Shown here in pieces: positions 33,518 to 50,400 of a DNA stretch of 64,000 nucleotides. Numbering within the stretch: position 1 is the stretch's first letter; each line of letters starts with the position of its first letter. Below the pieces are notes generated by a model. It was given only the letters and a program-made list of their open reading frames with translations, ran no database searches and had not been told where the DNA came from. The stretch is from Paraspadella gotoi (taxonomy: Eukaryota > Animalia > Chaetognatha), in the NCBI GenBank assembly GCA_051294375.1, contig CM119265.1, positions 18,462,631 through 18,526,630 on the forward strand, written 5' to 3'. The translations under genes and the position numbers were made by a program.

Positions 33518-35770
33518 TCAACGACCTTTCAAAGCTCGACAAATAACGTTACGGACCTTGTAAACGATAACGAAAAAAATACCTAACAACAATACTGCTT
33601 GGAGTACAGGCGCAGTGTTCGGCGGTGGCGGCGGGGTTGGCATCGACCAATGATTTACTCCTCTTCGATCCGGAATAAGATTGAGGGTTAGTAATAGGAC
33701 GGAAACGGCTTCGTCGCGGCTAATCAAGAACTTGTCTTCGAAACTAAAAAAGCCCAAAGTAGACCCAGAAAAAACATCTATGAGCTGAAATTGTTGTGCC
33801 GAGGGAAGCAAGGGATAGTAGGTCTTGAAAATGGAAAAATATATTTCTGTCTCCACTGCGTCACCTGCAGGTAAAAGTTTGAGAGATAAAACATTTAATT
33901 CGATTCAAAAATACTCATAAATTACCTTCCATCATTTCTTTCGATTGTTCGGCGAGAAAAGCAATGGCGAGGGACATCCCGCTCATTTCTTTTACCCATA
34001 TTCCAACTTCCTCCTCAATATCTGGAAGATGTTTTAGTTTGCGACCCTGCTTTCCCAACGGATCTTGATTGATGTCGATGATTCTTTTGTTTTTCAGAAG
34101 TTCCTACGAAGTTTTTTTCGAACAACAATTAAATGACAATGATCGTAACGAATACAGTCAGAGTTTGTTCTTCTCTTTCCCTTCCGACAAACCTTCGCCC
34201 ACGGATCAATCTCCTCCAAATCGACAGACATGAACAAAGGGGACGCCCAAATAGCCCACATGGCCATTTGCACTCGACATTCGTGCTCCGATAGTCCCTC
34301 GTTCCCGATCAACAGTTGGTCGGCGTCGTTCCATGCGCCGGGTCTCGCGAGGTCCGCAATGTCGTCCTGGAGGCGCTCGTATGTGCGAACGATACCTAGG
34401 ATCGAATTTATGGACTCCGTGACGTCGTCGGCGATGCGCCACATGTTGCAGTGTCGCGCCACAAGAGACCAATTCGGTGCTCTACGGGCAGTCAAGACGT
34501 AGAATGGCCAAGAGCAGAGGTAGGCAATCGGTCGTCCGGTTTGCATTAAGAGATTCGACATCATTATATAATCGGGCTGTAAATAAAATGGATAAGGGTG
34601 AGGAATCGGGTGAGGGTGTGGCAACGACAACAACAACCATCAAGACCACAATCACAAGAAATTTAGTTATGTTGACCTTTCAACCTCGCAGAACATTACC
34701 TGACCTTGCTCTTTGTTTTAACTATTGTTCTTGCTCTATTTTTTTTTCTTCTTCTTTCCGTTTTTCACGGTTTTTTTTAATTTTTTTTGAATGATTTCGT
34801 TCAATTAACAATTTTGTTAAAAACCGTAGCTTCAAACTCTTGAAACTTTCTTCCGACATATGGGGCGAGAACAAAAAATGTATGTATAATAGATGGTGGA
34901 TGGGAGTGAGTCAAGCGAGACTTAGACCTACGAAGTACTTAGTTTGTATTTTTTTCATAGAAATCGATTTCAACATCAGTTGAGTAAAAATAACTCTTGC
35001 ATCTCACTAATATTACCAACAACAAACGCTAGCTAAACATTGCAACTATCTATATATTATTCAACGCCGAGTTCAATTACACGGGCAACCTCAAGATGAT
35101 TCGGTGGCACGTAACAACCGTCGAACTTGACCATGTCGACGCCCCATTCGGCGTACAGACGTGCGTCCTCCGCAAAGTGACCTTTGTTTCCGGGATACTT
35201 CATGCACGTTTTCAATCCGACGGAGCCGTAAATGCCGAATTTGAGTCCATGAGAGTGAACGAAATCGACCAAGTGCTTCATTCCGTTTGGGAATCTGAGA
35301 GATAAAAAACCTTGATGCAGTTCTCGTCGTCAAGATTTGTGACTTGTAATAATGGAAAAATAAAAAACCTCGTTGGATCTGGAGTAAGTTTTTCGTCTTT
35401 GTCGCGTTGCCTGCTGAGCCAACAGTCGTCGAGTGCGACATAATTGTATCCAGCGGCCAAGTATCCCTCGTTGACCATCGCCAGGACGGTTCGTTTTATC
35501 AGGGCCTCGCTGCAATCATGACGGAAATGCTTAAATTTCGACAGCTGTCGTGAATTTTAATCCATATTCCGTTCCACGGTTCTCATCTCCCGACCTGATG
35601 CAATGGCGCGGTTGTTTCTTGCAGTCCGTCTCGCACTTAAAGCGTTGCCAGCTCATCCATCCCATCGGTGGAGTGAGAGCGACACCGTTATAAAGACCGA
35701 GGCCAATACGACAGCACCATAAAAGGGTTATCGCAACAACGAAGAGATACAAAGGCAAAGAGGAGATCAT
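33518..35770 (-). CDS. NAGA: GH27 alpha-N-acetylgalactosaminidase / alpha-galactosidase with C-terminal TM helix
   Basis: Signal peptide; LYNGVALTPPMGWMSWQRF; YVALDDCW; KFGIY; DMVKFDGC (nucleophile); CNMWRIADD (acid/base); PGAWNDADQL; INQDPLGKQG. Confidence 0.88.
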
Positions 35771-36647
35771 GACTGCTTTCGACCTTAGGACGCGCAAATA
35801 AATTAGTTAGGGAAATGCGCGGACGGGGTGAGGCTTTTTAGGCTCGATTTATGCGGGCATATTAGCCGAGATTTTTTTAGGACACATGATCTAAAAAAAT
35901 TGAATAAAGCTTTGGTTTAATTCGGATGGAGTGCGTTAAACTTTTTGAACATTAAAGACAAAAGAATATATAGCCCCGAAACAAAAAAATTGAAAATTGA
36001 CTATAAAACAAAGAATAGGAATAAGCAATAAATATTTCCTAGAAATTTCAGAAAATTAGTAACGTAACTATACACTTCAGAATACAAATCGGAATGCTAA
36101 CTTTAAATTTTCCATCACTAATCGATAGTCAACAATAAATATTTTTATAATTCTAATCACTTAGAAAAGTATTGGCATTATAATTATAATAATTATAATT
36201 ATAATCCTTAATCCACTAACAAAAAGAATTTACCTCGCTAAAATGATACTTCATTTAATAACATCATGTGGCGGCACGACTTATATAAGCCGTGTCACCA
36301 TTGTCCACTATCAGCCTTGTCTCAATGGCCACCTCAGGAATCAGTATGTCAAAATGTCACTAAGTATGTACGTCATAAAAGCAGATCGTAAGTCTGAAAA
36401 AACCTTTAATATAACATTCGAGACGAATCTCGCGTCCCTTCCCCCCCCCAAAAAAAAATAAAACTAATAAATCAAATTGGAAATAAACACGAAAGTTAAT
36501 AGAAAAAATATGTATCTTTAGAAACGCTGTCAGAATTAAAACGTTAAACTTAAATATCAAAAATTCACAACACAAAATAATTTAAGAAATAACAGTAAAA
36601 GAAAAAAAAAAAAAAAACTGAAGGAACGAAGACTTTTTTTTTGATGA

Positions 36648-39417
36648 TCACGAGTCCTCAGCAAGGGATCCTTGAGATTTTTCACCCTCCTCCGTCGTCG
36701 TCGTCGCATCTTCGGTTCTTTTGACGGCGTCGGGTCGGAGAATCTCCCTTTTCCTGTCCTCTTCCATCGTCGGAAAGAGGATGTTAAAGCTCATTCCAAT
36801 GGGGACGTGATCGGTGAGAGAAGCCAGGGCGGCGATGAAGGAAAAGTGTTCCAAGTCTGGAACGAAGCGGGAGTCCAGAACGCGGCCGAAACAGATGTAG
36901 TCGATTCGCCGTTTGCCTGGAAAGGCAGGGGAAAACGGGGAAAAAAAAATCTTTAGGGATCATTACGAGCATTGATAAAAGGCTTTAATGATGTTTTTAC
37001 CGTTGCCATTATCGACACCACCGCGCTCCGAGCTTGCCACATAATCCGGTCGACGCGCGTCGTCCTTGAGTGTCTCTCTCAAAGCTTCCGGGGTGGCCAC
37101 CTCTTCGTCGTAAAGGCGAGACTGGATTAACTCAGTACCGACAGTCCACGGTTTATCCTCCCCAGACGCTTTCCTAAGGATGGTGGCGATTAAAATTGTT
37201 AACTATAGACAATTTATTATACATAAAATATACGTGTAATTCTAACGTGGGGCATCTTATATATTCATTATTATTATTATTATATAAAAAAAACCTGCAA
37301 GGGTCGATGTAAAGACTTTGAAAGAGTTCATGGGACCACTTCTGCTCATCGCTGGTGGATTCGGAATCGAAGTTCAAGTCACCCGAAAGAATGTCCAAAC
37401 AAACGACCTGCTTGGCGCCAGAATAGGATTCTCGGTCGTGAAACTTTTTGATGTCTTCCACGGCCAGATCCAACTGACGTTTTTGAAATTTTCCCGAGTT
37501 GGCTGATATTCGCGCTTGAAGGTGGGTTTGACTGATGAAGCCGACCACCTCAGTGCCGTCCTGAAGACGAGCGATCAGCACCTTGACCAAGAGGATGCCC
37601 TTGCAGGCCATGCTATCGGAACCCTCGTGGGCGCCGTATTTGTGGAACTCGGCATCAAGAATGGGATATCGAGAGGCGAAGAGCAATCCGCTATTACAAG
37701 GCAGAAAGCAGGGTCTCTCGGCTATGTCGTAGAGAATGTAGTTAAAGTGTTTGCGCAGCTTTTGAATAATTATCTTTGCGGCGCCGCGATCGAAAACCTC
37801 GCAGAGGCAAAGAAAATCCAGGTTTTTAGAGAAGTAGAGATCCACATCGTGGGAGAAAGCGTCGAATCGACGGAGAATTTTGCCATGGGTGACAACGTCC
37901 ACCCCGGCGACGCCGTTTTCAATAGAGTCAACGTTGGACGCGTTTTCGGAGATCGAAGACGCGTCTCGGATCTTATATCCCGGCGGCGCCGAGCTCATCA
38001 TGATCTTCGGGACGGCGGAATGGTTGGGCAAGTTCTTGACGCTCTGGGCGTCGACGGTGTCGATGGAGACGGATTCCCCGTCGCCCACGCTACCGCCACC
38101 CGCCGTGGGTCCGAGGCTGAAAGCGACAGGATTGGGCAGCGCAGCCGTCGTCGACGTAATGACGCTGGAAGCGATGGACGAGGTCTCGTCAAGACCGACG
38201 ATAGAAGTTTTCATCTTGCGGCCGCCATAACTGAAAAGAGAAACGGAAGCTATTCTTTAAAGATCATAATTAAAATAGTACTGGAATTTGAAGTACGTTA
38301 AATACTTGTTAAAGAACAATCCTAACGCACCTTTCTTCGTTGACTGAGCCGTTTTCCGTTCGGTTCTCATCGCAACTGGCGTTGTCCAGGGCGGAGACGG
38401 AGTGATTGACAGAAGTCAAGCACATGTTGGAGTCGTACTCCTTGGACCGAATCTCGCCAGGCTCAAGCCGGTCGTCCTTTAAACTAACTACAGGGTTTTC
38501 CATTGGCTTGATTTTATACAGCTGCGAGTAGAGTGACCTTTGCGAGAGTTTGTCGTCTGTGGCGAGAAGCGTTCGAGCATCCGAGGTCACGGTAACCGCG
38601 TCCCCCGATTGTGCGTCATCCTTTGATATAGAAGGTTCAAAAGACATTTGAATTTTTAAACGCATAAATCTTAATCGTTATGAATTCTATTTCATACTTT
38701 CGAGACACTAAACAGTAAACGTCAAGAAGGGCTTACTATCAATGATTAACGTCCGAGAAAAGTCTATGAGCGAAACATCCCATTATTAAGTTTTGAGAAC
38801 GCACCTTAGCAAGTAGCGATGGCGTCTCGGATCCGTTTACGCGGACGATGACTTCGTCCAGATTTCCGTCGCGCACTAGGCGATCGACGATAGGCCCAGC
38901 GCGATTCCCCGGCGCATCGAGATTATTTGAGCGCGTGGCAAATTCGGGCAACAGGCAAACATTGGCCGTGGCCACACTGAAAACCCGCGGGGCGGAACCG
39001 GGCGCCCACGTGTCAACGGATGAATCAGCGTAGCCATTCTCAATGTATATGTAAGGCTTTCGGCAAAATTGAAGAGGGAACCAAACGAACGCGGCGAGCA
39101 GAGCTAAGGGAAGAGTGACGAGCAGTCCCGCGATTAGAAATGGGAAGGCGAAAAAGACGATGCAGAGATACTGGCGGAGGAATGATCAATGAAGATTTAA
39201 TTAACGAACTTTTGGTTTAGAAACAAAAACCGTCCCCCAAAATTACTTGGTAACAAGGGTCTTCTTCCGCCCTTCTTTCTTGCTCTTTGGTGGTCGGACG
39301 GAGAAGGCGGGCGAAGATATTAATGAAAAAAAGCGTTGGGTAGAAAAGATACCAAGACGCCTCGAACAAAACCGCGTTGGCTTCACAACAGCCGAATCTC
39401 CTACGATACAACGCCAT
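36648..39417 (-). CDS. SMPD3: Neutral sphingomyelinase 2-like
   Basis: Two N-terminal hydrophobic segments; SVATANVCLLPEFATRSNNL; Ser-rich insert; DFLCLCEVFD; NSGLLFASRYPI; THLQA; GDLNFD; KPWTVGT; LTDHVPI. Confidence 0.92.
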
Positions 39418-39602
39418 CTTCAGCGAATGATAATTGCTGAGTTAAGTATTCCGAAGTAGTACGATGAATGAGAGGGTGGCAAATAAGTTTTTGGCGATCA
39501 TTTTTAAAAGCTGAATCGGACTGCGGAGATGAAAAAATTTTACAAAAAATATCACAGTAAGCAAGTTTAACGTAATACTAAAACCTAAGCAAAAATGAAT
39601 TA

Positions 39603-42285
<2,683 letters not shown>

Positions 42286-43169
42286 TTGATTTTATCGGCC
42301 AGCTATAGAGATAACGAAAATCAAATGTTTCGAACTCACGTATTAGAAATCATTATTAAGATTAGACACACAGACTAAATAGTACGACAACAAAATAAAA
42401 AGACCGTAAACAGAATTTTAGGTATATAGAGTGACTTGAAAACAAGTCTTAGAACCGTTGAAGTGTTTTTTTTTTCGATTAACACTAGTATTAAAAAAAA
42501 TTCATTAACTACCAAAAAATAAAGAATTGAATGTCCTAGTATGTAAAATATACAACAAAACTTTTAACTGCTTTACAACAGTTGATAACAAAACAACTGG
42601 ACCGAATCATTTAAATAGTTATATATTCGTTATGTCATGATCAAATTAATGCACTATCGTTAAATTTCCGGAAAAGAAATTGGCACATTGAGGGATGATA
42701 AAGACATTTTCCATATTCGCTCCCTAGGCTTGTCGCAACCGAATTACATAAAGTTCTTTCGATAGTTAAAAAAATATTTCAATGTGTAATTAAGATTCCG
42801 GGAACTTGGAAGTGGGTATTAAATTCGATTCTACTCCTAGTCTTAGATCACTTTGGCTTCAGACCGAATAACCGATACAGCTTGAACATAGAAAAACATA
42901 ACGAAAATAGAAAAATTACCTAGTCATAAAGATTGTATCACAAAACAAGTGCTAAGCGCTTCAGCACAAATGAAACAGTAAAATACTCGGGTTTTAGTAG
43001 CCTTTCCAATTAGAAAGAATAATAAAAAAAAGACCATTAACCAAAGTCTATCCTAAGTGTACAAAATTGACTATCCCCCTCCGTACGAAACATTCGCGAA
43101 AAAAAATACTGAGTCTGTCAAAAACTCCATCTACACCCATACGCCCCCCCAGAGCAAAAAAAAAAAAAA

Positions 43170-46100
43170 TTATTTAAATTTGGCGACGGTGGCCGTTACT
43201 GAGCCAGGAACCCTCGCGGGAAGTTGGTGAAAAATCTGAGGCCTTGGCGCTGCCATTACCGGCGGGCCTAACCGTGGAGGCGGGGGTACGAAATCTTTCA
43301 CAGCGGGAACGGGAGGCAGGGGACAATGCGGTAGCGGTGGCGCCGGCGGGGTTGCCATTGGCGGCAACGCGGCGGTGGGTTGAGGCGGCGGAGGAAATCC
43401 CGGTCCTCCGACAAGCGAATGAGCATTGACTTGAATGGGAAACGGTTGAGGGGCGAAGGTCGACGGGTGGGGCAAAGAGGAGGAGAGACTAGTCATGCTA
43501 AAAGGGAGCGGGGCGGGACCGGCAGCGAAGAATTCGACGCCCCCGCTCGGAGCCGGCATCCATGGAATGGATCCCGGAGGAATGGCTTGCAAGAAGGCCC
43601 CCGATATTTCAGGGGGCAAGGAAGGGAGCGAGACCGGGGGTTGCAAAGGACCCATGGGAGGAAGGGAATGAGGATGGTGAAAGGAGGGGGTTAAAGTGGC
43701 CATGGGTGGTTGAGGAATAGTCATTGACGGAGAGAGACAGTCCGTAACTGTCGCGACTACTGGTGGGGGAATTGGCGGCGGGAGCAGCGGTCCCGAAGAG
43801 GGTGCCAATGGCGTCGCCTGCTGAGGCGGCGGTTGTTGTGGAATTGGAGGCGGCTGCAATGGCTGTTGAGCAACCTGTGAGGGCAGCGGAGACGAATGCG
43901 TTGGCTGCTGAGGCGGGGCCATAGGTAGTGTAGCGGGGGGATTGACGTTCGTGGCTGATTGTGTCGGTTGAACCGAAACTGCGACCACCGACGTCATCTC
44001 CGGGGATGAGGAAATGACCGCCGAGACAGTACCAGCGGCGCAACTGACAGAACCAGGAGGCGGCCCAGTAAAATTTGGAGGCGGTTGATGAACATCTGGC
44101 AACAAAAACTGTCTTGGCGGACCACTCCTCCTAGACTTGGGCGGACGAGTCTGGACATGTTGTTGTTGAGCCGAGGAGGAATAATGTTGCGACACTTGAT
44201 GCTGCTGCGGCTGCTGCGGCTGCTGCAGACAGGGAACTGGTCCTTGCCATGAACTTGAAGAAACCGCGACAGGAGGAGGAGCTGCAGGTGAAGAAATTCC
44301 CGAAGCTGATGAGGATGCCGATATCGACTGATTTGATATTGCAGCGGTGGATCCGTTGGTGCGTTTTCCCGTATGACCGCTGGAAATGGTAACGGGGCGG
44401 CCGTCAAGGGTGGAAACGTCGCTAGCATAAACCTCTTCCGTATTGCCGTAATCAATAAAAGTCACGACGGCGGTTGTACGACTAAGTTGATTGATCACTG
44501 CAGGGTAAAAACTTCCATCTTCCCAGTATTTGGCCAGAACCGTGTCACCCTGCGAAACTGGGGTAGGCGTTGTCGTCCGCCCCGATTTTGAGGGGACGCC
44601 TATCGTCTTGATCGCAGGTCCCATGCCGAAGGATCGCGGCGGAGGACCATGGACGCGCGGCGGGTAAGGCGGTTCGTGGGGGCCGCGGGCAGACTTCGAG
44701 TGATCCCACTTGGAGTAAAGAGATTCTCTGACACCACGACCTTCCTCCCAGCGATTAACGCCGCCCCGTGATTCGGAGCCGTATCGCGAGTCTTTCCGGT
44801 CTTGACGAGCGCCAGAGTCCGATTCGTGGGATCTTCTGAGCTCGACAGGACCGGCCGCCGAGGAACCTTTGGAGTCGGGCTCCTTCTTTGAACGGGAATC
44901 ATCCTTCACATCGTTGAGCTTTCCGATACCTTCCCCGCCCACGCTTTCAAGAAAACCGTTGTTCTTCTTGTAATCAGAACTAATGTTGCTCGTCTTTTCA
45001 TCGCTATTTTCCTTCGGCGTTGAGGCGGAAGGAGCATTCAGCGGTGCAGGTCCCGACTTTGTCGTCATCGGTAACGGACCGGATTTCGGCCGGAAAGTTT
45101 GATGGTGAATGGCACTGTTTGGATGTGCGGCAAAGCCTGAAGTGGACGGAGGGGGCGGGAAGTGGTTAACGCTCAATTCGTTAAAGTTATTTAAGATTCC
45201 TTCGTCAGCATCTCCGGACGCAGCGACGTCGTTATTGGATCCCTGAGTATGTTTGGACGATGATTTGCTCATCAGCTGCTTGTTCGTCTGCTTGCTTGTT
45301 TCCGTTTTGGCGTTGGCGGGAAACTTTGTCTCCAAAAAGTCAAAAAGGGTTGCGGGACCAGAAGGTCGCACGTCCTCTGCATCACCGGCGTCAATGGCAC
45401 CGCCTCCTACTGTAGCAGAACTAGTGCGGCCGCCTCGGCGTCCACCTCTCCCACTTTTTGAGCCTCGAGCAGAGTAGTCGGTCTCGTCGTTGTGGTGCGC
45501 CTTCGTAGCGGTATGTTCGACCGTCGTCGCCCAATCGACGTCGCGGTAAACGGGTTTTGATGTCACGGTGGCTGGGTGACGTTGATTGTCCTCGCCATCT
45601 TTGGCCACTGGCGCTGTGTTGACGTGAGTGGAAGTGTCGACGACGTGAGATTTCGTCCAAGTTTTGCCACCACCGAAGTTTTTCTTTGGCTCTGCCGCTT
45701 TGGCTTTAATTGCCTCCTTGACAAATAGTAAAAGACAATTTACGATCGGATTTAAACGTTGACGAAACCCAAACGAAATAGCCAAACCCACCAATTGGAC
45801 AATAACTAAAACATTAAACAAACCTGCAACGCCTCGTCCCGCTGCTGCTCAAAAGTCGACGCCGTAACATCTTTTTCGTCATTGACCTCTTTCCTCCCCT
45901 CCGTCCCTCGGACTTCGCAGGTAGCGACTGAGGGAAAGGCCGGTCGTGATGTGTCAACCTGACTGGAGGTTTTTTTCCCAAAGCCCACAAATGGAGGCGG
46001 ACCACCCTCCTGCGTGAGAATAAGTAATATAGTTAGAACTTGGTTCAGTTCCTTCCTTCTTGATTAACAACATCAACAAAGATTCTACTCAACCCGGGAT

Positions 46101-46959
46101 TCCTTTCTTACCTGACCACTATAAACTCTTCCAGTAATCTCGACCAGCCTATTGGCCTCCCACTTTTCGATGAGCTTTAACACTGAGCCACCCAATACTT
46201 TCACGTTGTTGGGGCCGACTTGAAGATAACCATGTCGGACGGGAATTCGGCCTAAAAGCTGAATCTTTGTTCCCGGCGGAGTGTTTAAACTTATCTGTAG
46301 GTAATACCCACCCAAAAATTATGTTAATTAGTTTCGACCCATTCAGCTAAAAATCGGTTAGGGAAAATCAAGGCCAATGCCACGAAACCTACATGATTAA
46401 TTGTTTCCAGTTCCAGGGCATTGACAGAAGATACACCATCCGTTAGTGTCAGCTTGAGCATCCGGGGCGCCGCTTGGGAGTCTTCATTGGCTTTTGGCGC
46501 CGCAACGTTTCGCACTTTCTGCACTTGAGTCACCATCGGTCCGTCAACGCGGTCTATCTTTCCAGCCTGAGGATAAAAAAATCGAAGCAAAATAGGAATT
46601 AAAGAAAATTTGAGGGGGGAGTATTATTAAACGTTAGTAAACACTGTACATTAAGAAAATCCAACATATAGCCTACCTTGGAAGCTTCCTCGGGTAAGCA
46701 GGCAACGCTGACGTTTTTGAGATCGACATTCTTTAACTCCTCCAGCGCGGCCTTCAAGGGGAGCTTCTCAAATTCTTCGATCTCCAGGTCGACCTTTTCC
46801 CGCGACAAGTGCCATCCCTCGGTTCGGAGCTTCTCCCACTTGCCGCTGGCGAAGGGCAAGGGCGTTTGTTTTGTTTTGTTTTTATGTTTTTTTTTTTTTT
46901 TTTACATTTACAAAGTAATAAAACAGATTCAATTACTTGGTATTTTCGCCGGAGGCCAT
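43170..46959 (-). CDS. TDRD3: TDRD3 paralog B (OB-fold, Tudor, long Pro/Gln-rich tail)
   Basis: ATG 46959 MASGENTN|[13 protein letters not shown]; [31 protein letters not shown]; LNTPPGTKI; [13 protein letters not shown]; [13 protein letters not shown]; [11 protein letters not shown]; Tudor [19 protein letters not shown]...[14 protein letters not shown]. Confidence 0.93.
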
Positions 46960-47439
46960 CTTGCACCGCTCAGCTCGAGACGGAAACGAGAGGCGGAGAG
47001 AGAATTAGCGATCGATTCTTTCGGTTCATGGAGGGACAAAAGGATTTCTGTCGCGATGACGTATTTGGAGCCAAGATTTTGCCGCACAAGCGTCTCCGTC
47101 GCACAGAATACAAAAACTCCTTTCGGAATATAAATGCCCTTAACTTTTATTGCATAGTTTTCGTTGGGAGAAAAGGGTCGTGGTGGTTGAGAGAACGAGA
47201 GAAAAGTGTTTCGCAGTTCGCGAAAGGAAGATCACAGTCAACAGCTAATAAACTAAAATATATTTTGTAAAAAAAAGTGCCGCATTCGTGATGAAGAGCG
47301 CTCACTGGATTTGGGACAAAAAATAAAAATTTGGCATAAATATCAAGCACAAGCGTCAATTATCACCAATTAAAATTCGTCAAAAAATCCGACAAAAAAA
47401 TGAGAAAATTTCGCACTTGTAGCTTAAAATTGCTTCGAG

Positions 47440-50400
47440 TCAATATCTTCGTCCCCTCCCTCCCGCTCCACCTCCTCTACGACCTCCACGACTACCGCGA
47501 CCTCCTCTACCACCACCTCTGCCACCCCCGCTTCCTCCACCGCCTCTAAAGCCCCCTCCTCCAGAATTGGCCCCTCTAAAACCGCCTCGCCCGCCTCCTC
47601 TGTTACTCCCACTATTTCCACCTCGTCCGCTTTTCGATTCATCGACAACGGATTCTCCGTCAAGAGTTCTTAGGTCCGCCACGTCGACTCTCTCCACGTT
47701 GCCGTAATCCAAGAAACTGACAACAGCCATGTTCTTCGCCAGTTCGTCGACGACGGCGACGTAATACTCGCCGTCGGCCCAGTACTTGGCTAGCAAGGTA
47801 TCCCCCTCGGAGACGGAGGGTCTAGTCGGCGCGCGGAAAAGGTCGCCTCGCCTTCGATCATCTTCGCGCGGCGCGTGATGGTGAACGGTGCCGTTGGAAG
47901 GAAGCGGGAAGTCCTCAAGATCCGCGTGGAAGTCCGAAATTGGCTGGGGTCCGCGATTTCGAGAATATCGTTGTTGATTGAAAAAATTAAAGCCCTGAGA
48001 ACGAGATCCTCCTCCTCCTCCTCCTCCTCCTCCTCCACCGCCGCCGCCGCCGCCGCCGCCGCCTTTTCCGACGTCTCCTCCTTCGTGAATTTTTGTCTCC
48101 AAAAAATCAAAGAGAGTGGCTGGTCCTGAGGATGGCGGAGGCGCGGCCTGGTCTTCCTCCTCGCCCCTCCTCCCTCTTCCACGTCGACGCCCACCACGGC
48201 CGCGCCCCCCTCCACCGAATTCGTTTGCGTCCGCTTGCGCGTTGGAGACTCCCCTCTGCTCCTTGGCCCAGTTTACGTCGCGATAAACGGCAGAAGAGTT
48301 TTCAGTTATTCCCGGATCTTCGTCGGTCGATGCCACACGACGACGCGGGGGAGCTGACATCGGCTTAGAAGGTAGACGGCCCCCGCCGAAAGTTTTTTTC
48401 GGTTCCGTATCTTTGGACTTGAGCGCCTCCTGAGCATTAAACGAATTAAATCATTTTGGTAAAAGAGTTCAATTCTTGGCAATAATTTTGTAGAGTAACA
48501 AGTCGACAAAACCTGAAGAGCTTCGTCACGTTGCTGTTCAAATGCAGCATTTTTCTCCTGAGTTCCATCCTCTGGGGTATCGCCGTCGACGTGGTCGACG
48601 GTTCCGAAGGCCGGTTTGGAGACGTCTACATCTTTCGACTTCTTACCAAACGCAACCCACGGGGGCGGACCTCCTTCCTAGGAAGACATAGAAATATTAG
48701 GCGTAATAAGCAGAACAATATACATTCCTGTAATTAATCGAACTGAGTCCGAGGGAAAACACCTGGCCAGAGTAGACTCGGCCGGTCATTTCGACCAGTC
48801 TATTGGCTTCCCATTTCTCCACCATTTTTGCGACGCATCCGCCAAGAACTTTGATATCCTTGGGGCCGACTTGAACATAGCCCTGACGGACAGAGATTTT
48901 ACCAACAATTTGCACTTTGGTGCCTGGCGGTGTGTGGACGGTTAACTGAAAAAAAGGCAAACTTTTGGAAATCGGAAAAGGAATCTTTACTAAAAGTACT
49001 TGATAATTATATTTATATCAAAGAAAGAAAAAAATGTCATGAAGTTATGAAGCTAGACCCTAAACTTGTATTTATTGTTGCGCAACGTGCCTGATTGACA
49101 TGATCAATTTCCAGCAAATTGACGCTGTTAACGCCATCGGTGAGAGTGAGTTTTAGCATACGTGGCGCATGTTGCGATTCTTCATTGGATTTAGGAGCAG
49201 TAACGTTTCTGACTTTTTGAATCTAAATGAGGAAATGGGGTAAAAAGAAAAAGGTAATTCAGCGCCATGAAAAAATCTTAAAAGTATAGTGATCTCGCCA
49301 GACGTTACTATCAAAGAAAATTAATGAAAAAATTAATGATGATGATATAATAGTAATTGATGACTGATGTAATAATAATCGAATATTGATACGATGATAA
49401 CCAAAAGATTGATGCGATGATAACCAAAAGATTTATGTGATGATAACCAAAGGATTGATAGTTTTGATACGATGATAACCAAATATTGATGCGATGATAA
49501 CCAATTATTGATGCGATGATAACCAAATTATTGATGCGATGATAACCAAATTATTGATGCGATGATAACCAAATTATTGATGGGATGATAATCATTCATT
49601 GATTCGATGATAATCATTCATTGATTCGATGATAATCATTCATTGATTCGATGATAATCATTCATTGATGCGATGATAATCATTCATTGATGCGATGATA
49701 ATCATTCATTGATGCGATGATAACCATTCATTGATGCTATGATAATCATTCATTGATGCTATGATAATTATTCATTGATGCGATGATAATCATTCATTGA
49801 TGCGATATAATCATTCATTGACGCGATGATAATCATTCATTGACGCGATGAGTCATTCATCGTAAATAAAACAAACAAATGCCTGTATAAGTGAGAGAGA
49901 GAGAGAGAAAGAGAAAAAGAGAGAGCGGCATATAATTTAAGGAGAGAGAGCTAGACAGCCGTTGGACAGCCGCTGGAGAGCTGCTGCAGAGCTGAACTCG
50001 TCTATATAGACAAAAATTGTTTTGTAAATAAAACAAACAAATGAGTGGAGGAATCTGAAACAACAATTTAAAAGACCTCAATGATGAGAAGCCATGTCAA
50101 AACTTTCTATGGTTACACATTTGAGCTATTTCCAATGTTAAAACATCATGACTGATGAGTGGGTCCAACATGACGACGGCGGCGGCACAAAGAAGCAATA
50201 CTAAATGGTTATCTACGCCCAAGACGTAGATAAAAATATTTAAAAATATTAAAGCCTTAATCTACTGCGGTAAAAACACCACTGTCTCGCAATACCTGCG
50301 CTACAATTGGCCCCTCGATTTTATCAGTTTTGCTGCCCGCCTTGCCAATGTCGTCAGGAAACGAAGGTAAGCCGACTCCCTTGAGATCCATGTTTTTCAG

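Noticed and set aside
37516-38301. Long plus-strand ORFs antisense to SMPD3, calcineurin, POLG2 and the zinc-finger gene
   Set aside because: Antisense shadows of GC-rich coding exons with no recognisable motifs.
49380-49857. CRISPR-like array
   Set aside because: Units are contiguous with no unique spacers, there are no cas genes, and it lies in a eukaryotic intron.
50140-50200. CTGATGAG hammerhead-ribozyme core
   Set aside because: No stem II followed by GAAA and no matching stems.
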